A DNA stretch of 58,836 bases, the filler included, from Dirinaria sp. TL-2023a (taxonomy: Eukaryota), in NCBI GenBank assembly GCA_051941275.1. It is 3 parts of 3 records of this genome, joined end to end, with 100 filler letters (N's around TTAATTAATTAA, not from the genome) between each part and the next. Parts side by side here need not be neighbours in the genome. Positions count along the whole stretch, not along the records: positions 39,309 to 58,836 come from JAVEBF010000327.1; 2 more parts are not named here. One strand, written 5' to 3'. A program made the translations under genes and the position numbers. The notes under the pieces are model-generated. The model did no database searches, was not told the DNA's origin, and was given only the letters and a program-made list of their open reading frames with translations. Below, piece after piece: positions 50,195 through 58,836 of this stretch. Within the stretch, counting starts at the first letter, position 1; each line of letters starts with the position of its first letter.

Positions 50195-51787
50195 TTACTC
50201 ATCATATCCAGTACGTTGATAATATGAGCTCCCACGTTCAGGCGTGGGATTGTTTGGTCGCTGTAAAAACGCTAGTCGGGATCGGGATGGTCCAGCTCTC
50301 GCATTGGACGGCCTTGGTGCGTCAGAATCAGGGATCGTTTCCCAGCTATTCCGTGCTCGACCCTCAAGTTTCGCTAGGGCTGCGTAAGAAGCGGCAGCTT
50401 GAGAATGTGGTGAATGGACAACCCCGGCACGAGAGTCAGGCGTCGCCATGGATTGAAGTGGTGGTGGCGGGCCTCGGACGACGCTTAGTGGGTGAAGATG
50501 AGCATCATGAGAAGGCTTTGGAAGATCCCTGAAGAAGCTGTTTTGCTTCAAATAACCCGGCTGGCGTAGATTTGTGACATCCTTGAGCGCCTGCGCTGTT
50601 GACCTCGTGGCATCGGCGGAGCTCATCACCAGCTCATCGATACTCGAATGGTCCCAAATCTTGGCAACATCCTCCGGCTCGAAAATGACTCCGCGGCCTT
50701 TGATCGCACGTGCCAATCGCTTCTCCTGATCAGGTCCGAAGATAATCCCACGTCCTTTGATCGCACGTGCCAATTGCTTCTCTTCGTCGGGTTTGAATAT
50801 GATCCCACGTCCTTTCAACTTTCGGTCTGATCTTCCCTCGTCAGTCCAAATGTTGAAGGCCCTCCGACCCAGCCCGGAGTGCAAATCCTGCCCATCGCGT
50901 ACATCTGGTGCATCTCGCCCAGATACGACATGCTGCAACCATTTCTTGACTCGGTTATCAATTGGGAGATTCTCAATCTCAAGCTTCTTCAATGAAGCTG
51001 CGTCCAACTTCTGTCGACGTAAGTTATGGTGAGCCTTTTCGACTGCAGCCTTAACCGATTTACCGAACAACGGCGAGTTACAGTCGAGTTCACTTCTGCC
51101 ACTGTGTATGGATGGAGTACGAAGGCTGCGCTGTCGAAAGAAGTTCATTGGTATGGGCGGAACGTCCGAGCAAGCATCCTCGCCAGTCAGCCGAGTCATG
51201 GATGATGTATTAGCTGCTGAGCTCTCTGAGAAAACCTGTGCCTTAACAATTCTCCGTCGGCGAATTGGGGTTTCAGCTACTTCAAAGTTATCGCCCCAAA
51301 CTTCGAATAGCCGATTGGCTTCTGCCACGGCATCTTCCCAGGTTGTTGGCGCCGTATTTTTCGGTTTCTCTACCGGCGTCCCCTTTAACGCGAGACTGGG
51401 CTTTGGCAATTGATTTCCTATTTGGGGATGACGGCCATGTACTTCAATTATCCGTGCGTACACTGTAGGTACTGATGGCGATACTTCAAATTCGTTGCTG
51501 TCATCGGAAAGGTCGCAATAATGCCCATTGCCGGTTCTCTTGATGAATTTGACACGTCGAAATGTCTGCACAGATGCCTCCGAGAGCTCGTTCTTGCATT
51601 GAAGCTTCAAGCGCGCCAGGTTGTCATTGCCATCGTGGGAACAGATAGAGCTCAATCGTGATGAGCTCGTTGGCGCTACTTTGACCTGTCGGTCAGACAT
51701 CGCGAGGCTTTGAAAGCGCTGCTCGAAGCTGGTTTCAGAATGAACACGTCGCTCAGGGTTCTGCGAATCTCTCTTTGGCTGAGACAT
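50195..51787 (-). CDS. Hypothetical 530-aa largely disordered protein with an internal 19-aa repeat
   Basis: Long open frame in an otherwise decayed region. Repeat KGRGIIFKPDEEKQLARAI / KGRGIIFGPDQEKRLARAI / KGRGVIFEPE (57-nt unit). No recognisable domain; 3' end may be spliced. Confidence 0.65.
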   Translation of the reverse strand: MSQPKRDSQNPERRVHSETSFEQRFQSLAMSDRQVKVAPTSSSRLSSICSHDGNDNLARLKLQCKNELSEASVQTFRRVKFIKRTGNGHYCDLSDDSNEFEVSPSVPTVYARIIEVHGRHPQIGNQLPKPSLALKGTPVEKPKNTAPTTWEDAVAEANRLFEVWGDNFEVAETPIRRRRIVKAQVFSESSAANTSSMTRLTGEDACSDVPPIPMNFFRQRSLRTPSIHSGRSELDCNSPLFGKSVKAAVEKAHHNLRRQKLDAASLKKLEIENLPIDNRVKKWLQHVVSGRDAPDVRDGQDLHSGLGRRAFNIWTDEGRSDRKLKGRGIIFKPDEEKQLARAIKGRGIIFGPDQEKRLARAIKGRGVIFEPEDVAKIWDHSSIDELVMSSADATRSTAQALKDVTNLRQPGYLKQNSFFRDLPKPSHDAHLHPLSVVRGPPPPLQSMATPDSRAGVVHSPHSQAAASYAALAKLEGRARNSWETIPDSDAPRPSNARAGPSRSRLAFLQRPNNPTPERGSSYYQRTGYDE

Positions 51788-52299
51788 CGAGTTCGCGATT
51801 AGAGCTAACGATGCGGACTAGTTGCTGAATGACAATTCCTGACCGAAGCAGAGAATGCTTTGATACCAAATAAAGGATCTTTTTATAGTCCGGCTGCGAG
51901 GTACCTCAGCCAAGCTGTGATGAGCTCTGGATCCAACACAATAGCTGAGTGATAATACTAACAGACACATCTTAGACGCAACCACACGTTCGGCCAGACC
52001 TAACACAGGACATCGAAGAGTGACAAGAAACATCCAACACAGCTTGTCCACTAGAGGTGTTCGAACAAAAGCTGCTGTGGCCTCGTGTTACAATGGCATT
52101 GTCACCTAATACTGAAAGAACGACTGTGAACATGTGCAGCAGTGATGTGATCATCCAACTTGAAGAGCTGGCCCAAACCATTCTTTTGGTGTTTCGTCTT
52201 TGTTGACAGTATCAGCAGGCCAGCCAGGTGTAGAGAAGTATAAGTTGTGTGTGTTCAACCGCGCAAAAAGTGTTTCAGCCGCAATCGAGACTAGCATAT

Positions 52300-53780
52300 C
52301 CCAAATTTGTTTTGCGAGACAATGATATTGTTCTGGCATCGTAAGTACCACAGCGGAGAGAAGAGGTTCCGAAGCAAAGAGACAAAGGATATATAGTATA
52401 TAGTACGCCTATCAGTATGAAAAGCGATCCAGCGAGCTTGATAACGGGCCGGGATAGCTTAGGTTCTATTAAGGCCCCCACCTGTATATATATCAAATCG
52501 TTTGAGCTGCCTGAAGCTGGACGGAAAAGTCTGACTCGTCGAAACCTCCGCGGTCCAGCGGCCCTTTCAGAGTTGCGATCTTTCGCTTTAAGCGCGGCTG
52601 TATCTTTGCATGATTTTGACACAAGTAAATCGCAAAATTGTAAGCAGCTGCCTAGCAGAAACACCATCTTCTAGACAACGCCGCCGGTCGAATGTCCTTT
52701 GTCTCTGAAGTTTCGCTTGGCCTGCATGCAATTGGTCGTAGAACATCCTCAGGTATCAGAATTGTCGTATATGATATAGAGAACTTTGCGTGGATCGTTT
52801 CAATACCCTTTTTGATACTCGTTCTTGGCTGATCTTTGCGAGTATTGCGAACCAAACTTCGAGTTCCTAGGGTATAACCGAATCGAGAATCGCCGATGGT
52901 ATTGTTTGCGTACAAGCACTGACAAGTATGATGTATGAAATGACTGGTAAGAAATGCTCGGTACATAGTTTCTCGAGGGTAACTTGCATATCCCTCCCCA
53001 ACAGAGTTCCAATCAGGCTGTGAGAAGCTCTAGCAGTGGAGTAACATTTCGCTTTTAGGCAATTGCGGCTGCTTCCTTTCACCGAATAGTCCAAAGTGTC
53101 GTTCACTCTTACCATAGTTAGTGGGAACGCTCCGCAGGGGAGGTACCAAACACTCTAGCAAGGTCTGGTACTAATCTTCCTTGACTCGCCTATCTGCATG
53201 TTTTCCAGATTTGAGATCGCTCTTTCGATGCTCTGTCTCACTTTGATAAGCATAGCACTAAGGCATTTGTCGAACTGGCCGACTAGGTTTCTTCGCTGAC
53301 CAAGGGATCCATCAGCCTTTTGTCGATCGGCTTTTTTCATGAATTGCTGCTGATATGCTGGAAATTAGTATCCTGCTAGAGCGTGCGATCATGTTGAGAC
53401 CGGAGCCCCGCTCTTTTGCAATATATGTAGATTCCATTCTCGATCATCCAACCTTCAATGAAATTCGCGTGAGATCGCTTACTGAATGGGAATCTTTACT
53501 TTGCCAGCCATTCCTTTCAAACAGCCGGCTCATTGATCAAAGCCTGCAATGTAAATTGATTGTAAGGGATATTCGAAGTCCAGGCCAAAGAAGCTAGCTT
53601 TTCTTGACATACCTCCAAGCCGCTTTACTTTTTGCATCAGGCAAAGAGTGGTTTCTCATTATCGCGAACTCCGGTCTCACAAATTTGAGTAAGCTGTAAG
53701 CGCCGTGAGGGAAAGCTATTAAGAATACCATTTAGGCCACAGATCAACTTCCGGCGATCCAGTCGGTTTTGCATCATCAC
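52300..53780 (-). pseudogene. Decayed gene of unknown family
   Basis: Protein-like segments (HGAYSLLKFVRPEFAIM...AAWRYVKK, FMKKADRQK...LVGQFDKCL, HIRQF*YLRMFYDQLH) interrupted by stops and frameshifts. Confidence 0.35.
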
Positions 53781-55282
53781 ACTTGCTCGTCGTTAAATGA
53801 GTTTAAACCAATATATCGGCCGTACGATTGATGAGAATGCAAATAAGTAAAGTTCAAAACTGGCAGACGGCGACTGTGAGAGGGTTTAAGAGGGTTTTTA
53901 GTCAAAACGAGTAAAACCATGACCCTCTCACAGTATTCTACCTCCTCATTAATAAACGTACGTTTCTGCAAGCTCTCGAAAATTTCTAAGATATTATTGA
54001 TTCCGTTATGAGAGACGAGAGGTTGGCGTAGAGCCTATTGCCTATTGTAAATGATCGTCTTGGATGCCTTTCCAACCGTAGATAGCGTTGACAGAGGTCG
54101 ACACAGGTCCCTTGATTGGCTTGCTGGATAGCAGGAAGGCTTACAGCACTTCCACGAAGCTCTCTTCCACCCGCTTTGTACCCAGTACCACTCAAGCACT
54201 GTGCTATGGAGGGAACCATCATTTATGACGAAGATGTAGTAAAATAGTGGTGGAGGAGTTGATACAGATACACATGCCAAGAAATCCAAAAATGCCAGTA
54301 CGAGCAAACAGAGACTAGACCAGACTGGGAGCTGCCCTGGCGCTTGGCTAAGGTACCTACACTACTCTAGACCAGATCTGGGAAAGCTCGACTCCGTCCC
54401 GAAATCATGCGGAGTACGAGTACGAGGCGCTGAGACGTGTGTTCAGATAACCTGAGGTAGAGTTCCGGGAAGATCGTGCTCCGATACATAAGTACTCTGG
54501 CATGATCTGACGAGCTGACTGGCTCGACTGGATGTTCCTGATGCATTTCCGCGGCATTGAATGGCTACAAGAGCTCTGTGTACAATTCTCAACGGGTGAA
54601 AAGCGTCCGCCAAGGGAAACTCAACCCGCCGAAAGATATCGAATGATTTGAATTAAATCATAGCTAAATCTCGTTATGCATCACCTCCACCTGCTTTGTG
54701 AATAGCTATTTTATGCAAAGTAATGAAGCGAATTGAAAGGAAAGGACCATACGTATGCATCGCTAAGTCACAAGCTATTTTCCCAGAAAATAATGGAAGC
54801 ATAGTCCTTCCATGATGATTAATAATTTTCTTGTATCCTCTTTTCAAGAACTCAAGCAATTCATGACGGGAACAAATCAATGGAACGACGATGAGCCTGG
54901 CCGGTATTGAAACGCCTCTGTCCAAAGAGCAAATGCCCAATCTGTTACAACAGAAATTGCGCAAAAGAATAGGAATAAACGAATACGATGAGAGAAAGAG
55001 CACCTACTTAGTATATGGGGTAGTGATTGGGTCACAGAAATGTAAAGCAACCGAGGGATCTCAGTGCTCGATGCAGCAACGGAATCTCACCAATTTCTGC
55101 CAAGAATTGTTTATCGATAAAATTGCCAAGCACTTATGACGAACTACCTTTGGACGGTCCGGTCGGACCTCCGGCTTCGACGCGCTCTTGAAGGGAAAGC
55201 TCGGAAAGGTAATTGACTGAAGGTACGAGTACGAGTACAGAGCAAACTAAGGTACTTAACTTAGCACACACCAAGCTCGAGC

Positions 55283-55852
55283 ATGACCAGCTCCACATCA
55301 AGGCTTTACTTCGGCTATGGTTCCAATCTCTGGTTACATCAAATGTCACTCCGTTGCCCTTCATCGCCCTATGTCGGTGTAGCTCGCCTCCCAGCCTATC
55401 GCTGGATTATTAATAGTCGCGGTTACGCAAATATCGTCTCATCCAAGGACTCTGCGGACGTGGTATACGGCCTCGTTTATGATCTCACGGCTGCTGACGA
55501 GGTGCAACTCGACATCAACGAAGGTGTACCGGAGGCATACACAAAGGAGACTATGAAAGCGACATTATGGACAGCAAAGGACGAAGAGCATGACTACACT
55601 CAAGGTAGGGATGCAGCAGGCCAAGAGAAAGACTTACTGGTATATATTGATCGCGAGAAGACGAAAGGGGATAAGCCTAAGCAAGAGTACGTGCATAGGA
55701 TGAACATGGGGATCAAGGATGCGTTGGAGAAGGGAATGCCTCAAGATTATATTGATCAGGCTATCAGGAGTTTCATCCCACAAGAGGATTCAGACAGCGC
55801 CCATCGTGATCTGGCGCATAGACAAGCCATGAGATTCGAGGATGAGAGATAG
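55283..55852 (+). CDS. Gamma-glutamylcyclotransferase (AIG2/GGCT fold, GliK-like)
   Basis: LYFGYGSNL...QMSLRCP, GYANIV, VYGLVYDL, LDINEGV (catalytic Glu region), P..EYV.RM..G. Confidence 0.85.
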   Translation: MTSSTSRLYFGYGSNLWLHQMSLRCPSSPYVGVARLPAYRWIINSRGYANIVSSKDSADVVYGLVYDLTAADEVQLDINEGVPEAYTKETMKATLWTAKDEEHDYTQGRDAAGQEKDLLVYIDREKTKGDKPKQEYVHRMNMGIKDALEKGMPQDYIDQAIRSFIPQEDSDSAHRDLAHRQAMRFEDER

Positions 55853-58836
55853 GCCACGCTTGTCCTGACAGAATGCACAGAACCTATGTACAACAGGCTC
55901 CAAGAATTTTTGATGTCCAAGTAACACAAGCTGGCAAGAAATCGGAAGACAACTCTGACCCTTCGCCGGGTCTGGCGGCTGTGCTAGAAAGTGAGAGCGC
56001 AGCGCATGAAAATGTTCGACTACCTCGAGATGGCAGTCTCGGTGTGATGGAGTACAAGCTCTCTAAGGAGGGATCTGACTAAATAGGCATCCCTCAAACC
56101 CATTGTCCCCTGCCCAATGCGAGGAAAACAAAGGCTCAACTCGAAAATATTATTGCAATTGGCAGATCTTCCACAAATTTTCTAGTCGTTCTTAATAGTC
56201 AAACCCAACCTTGGCTCGTCACAAGCAGGCTGTCTGTCGGACATGTTTTTGAAGTAGAAGCTGACCTTTTGTCGAGCCCAAAGCTGGACAGCATACACCA
56301 GAGATAATCAAATGATAAAGGAGCCTGGTTGCAGGGTCTTGACAGCTGCTCACGACGTGACAAGATGAAGTCTGGCGAATCTATATGCCATGAGGTGTGG
56401 ACAGTCTCTCGGTCCATCTCGGTACATATTTCAGCTTTTGCATATCGTGCAGCATTATGGGTCACCCCAAGATCCAATCTCGCACTCCAACCTTGGCGGG
56501 GGCATTCTTTATCTTCGAGCATTTCCGCCCCTTTGGTGTGGCAATCAAGGGGGTTTGAGCTTAAATGAGCGAGCGATGTTACAAATGCTTGCAACATTCA
56601 GCTCCAGTGGCGTCAGAAGGTTTTTAACGAGTTTTAAGCATCACGCATGACCAGTCTAAGCTGGACATGCGCTAACAAGACGTCTACCTGTATTGCCATC
56701 TTTGGGCTCCCTGCAAAGAATGATTTACGAAAACGACCATGTGCATATACATCATGACGGCTAGCTTCTTCGATGCTGCTAAAGCGATAAGTGTTCTAAT
56801 TCGTAAAAATCACTCGAAAGGCATTTGCTGGCTACACTCCTGGAAGGTGATTCTACAAGGATCTGGTTTACTGAAGTACTGCCGCAATTACTCCCCCATC
56901 TAGCTGTGCGTCGTCGCAATACAACAATCCCAGTCCTTCACAATAGTGCCTACAGGCAGCTCCTCCTTGTCACTACCACCAGATGGCTTGATTGGGACTG
57001 GACACGGAGAATGCATATCGCTAAGCTAAGAGTGAAGGCAATGGGTCGTACGACGCGCGCTGTTGTGTATCGCCGTCCAGCATGCAGGTACAATCGTTGC
57101 GCTTACGCAGGAACATCAGTCATGTCAAGCTCCAAGAGGCTATAGGCGTCATCAGAATGGCGATCGTTGATCATTGCGCAAGGCTTTCAGCGCTAAATTC
57201 GCGTCATTGCTCAGGGACCTTGGGGGAGAAGACGCAGGTCGAAAGGGGCGCAGGTCTGTTCATGGGTGCTCAAAGAGGAAATTAAGGTAGGCCCCTAAGC
57301 GGTTAGCAATCAAGACGAAATGGTTTTTTGATGAGCGTTATTGGTCACCGCGAGCGAGATCCAGGGTAATGAAACGCATATGGGCTGACTGGGTGATAGA
57401 GGGCCAAGCGCCACGATACTACTTCTATGTTAAGGTATCCTCTACAGTCCAGGTACATACATATATTTAGGGCTATCGGAATGCACTAAGCCGCGACTTC
57501 GGGTATATCCCGGCCGAATTTCTCCGCAAGCGACTGCCGCTTTCTGACGAGCCACGGGAATTCGTCTTCTCCGTAATTACAGTATTATCATTACTTTATG
57601 ATTATGATTATGATTATTACTATCTCAGTCGGGGTTACGATATCGCTCAAAATCACTTCCTGTACTTCTACATAGCGCCGCACTAAACAGCACCGCCGGA
57701 ATTTCAACTCGCCGAATCACAACAATGTCAAAAGGCTCGAGCGACCGGTGCTATTGGGTAATCTTGGACTCATCAATGCCCCCATTCAGCCAACGCTAGC
57801 AAAGATACACCACCATCCATTCGCCTACGCCGCAAAAGATGTCTTATCAACTACTGGCGGCAGAGTCCGCCAACGCATATCTACAAAGCCATGCGAAAGC
57901 TCATTTGTTAGCCTGCGGCCGTTTCTGCACGAAACCACTGTTGGCAGACTTAGGTGCATGCTCGTTGGGGCGGGAAAAGCAGGCGTACAGCTTGCCACAC
58001 GAGCTCGTCAAATATGCAAACTCGGACTAGCGATTACAGCACGATGCATTTTCAGAGCACGCAGCACACGACAGGATCGCCAAGGATCGGTATATTTCTG
58101 CATCTGTTGAAACTAATGACGGTCGGTCAGCAAGGGAAATGTCATCAATGTACCCAGTACAAAGCAGCGGTGAATGGAAAGGGACTGGCACGGCAACCTC
58201 ACCAGGGTCCCATGTTACCATGCTGCAAGTAACTGGAAATAACCAGTGGTGGGGTGGGAAAAGATTTTCGCCAAAGATATCTATTCGTAGAAGAAACGGC
58301 TCGCCTCGGCAGGACCCGCTAGCGCCGCCCCCTCTCCCCCTCCTTCGCCAGCTGAAGTGGATTTGCAGGTTGGAAAGGAAGGAGAAGGGCTTGACTACGG
58401 TGCGCCACCCCCTCGGTCTGGACTGCAAATCACAGGCCAATTGTCCTTACCTTACCTTATGTGCCCGGCTGCCCGTCAGCACCGCAAAGCCCAACAATGC
58501 CATAACAATCCTCCTGACCAGTCAGCATCGAATACTGCGGCATTTTTTTTTCCCCCTCGCCGACGAAGCACCCCAGGGTTCCCAGGCCACCAGCTTTGAT
58601 GCTGACGTGAGCAAAAGGAGAAAAAATTCCAACGCTCCCTCTTGCATCGGATCGGATCTTGCCAAAGTTTAATGCCCTAGCCCTGCGATGTTCCGATCCG
58701 AGCATTTCGTAATGGCACGTGCTCTGCAGACCAAGTTGTGGGCTGTAGAGAAGAAGCAGAGAACTTGAGAAGTCAACAAAAACAACCTTCAACTGCTCCG
58801 AGGCGTTCTCATGCGTGCCTTACCCCACAATCACAT

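Noticed and set aside
21478..55852. Dispersed ETP/glutathione cluster (GliT-like, MFS, GGT, GliK-like)
   Set aside because: The genes are separated by unrelated housekeeping genes and a gap, with no NRPS, P450, GST or C-S lyase present. GGT and GGCT are ordinary glutathione-cycle enzymes.
57748..58792. Several overlapping 60-177 aa ORFs at the window end
   Set aside because: No recognisable motif or consistent exon structure.

Overview
Intron-rich nuclear DNA of a filamentous ascomycete (Pezizomycotina; a Eurotiomycete-like lineage is inferred from protein style and GT-AG introns with CTAAC/CTGAC branch points). It consists of three contigs joined by artificial N44-TTAATTAATTAA-N44 spacers. 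Contig 1 (1-19564) is housekeeping: a small unnamed spliced gene, RPL11 and SmB head-to-head, a con-8-like microprotein, pyruvate carboxylase, clathrin heavy chain, and eIF2-gamma and MAK11 head-to-head. Contig 2 (19665-39208) starts with a mutationally destroyed MFS efflux gene beside an intact GliT-like dithiol oxidoreductase. It continues with an MNN2-like mannosyltransferase, a gamma-glutamyltranspeptidase, a BTB protein, a three-exon PWWP+BTB-like fusion gene that the ORF track fragments, an LtrA-like membrane protein and NHP6. Contig 3 (39309-58836) is an accessory region of decayed sequence: a Tc1/mariner transposase relic, TIR MITEs, a Myb-repeat relic followed by poly(A), and long unassigned decayed ORFs. 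It also holds three intact genes: a secreted beta-lactamase-family hydrolase, an orphan with a 19-aa repeat and a gamma-glutamylcyclotransferase. The two most notable observations are a RIP-like mutation signature that appears to be CpC->TpC rather than canonical CpA->TpA in three independent relics, and the PWWP-BTB fusion. All calls come from reading the sequence; no searches were run.
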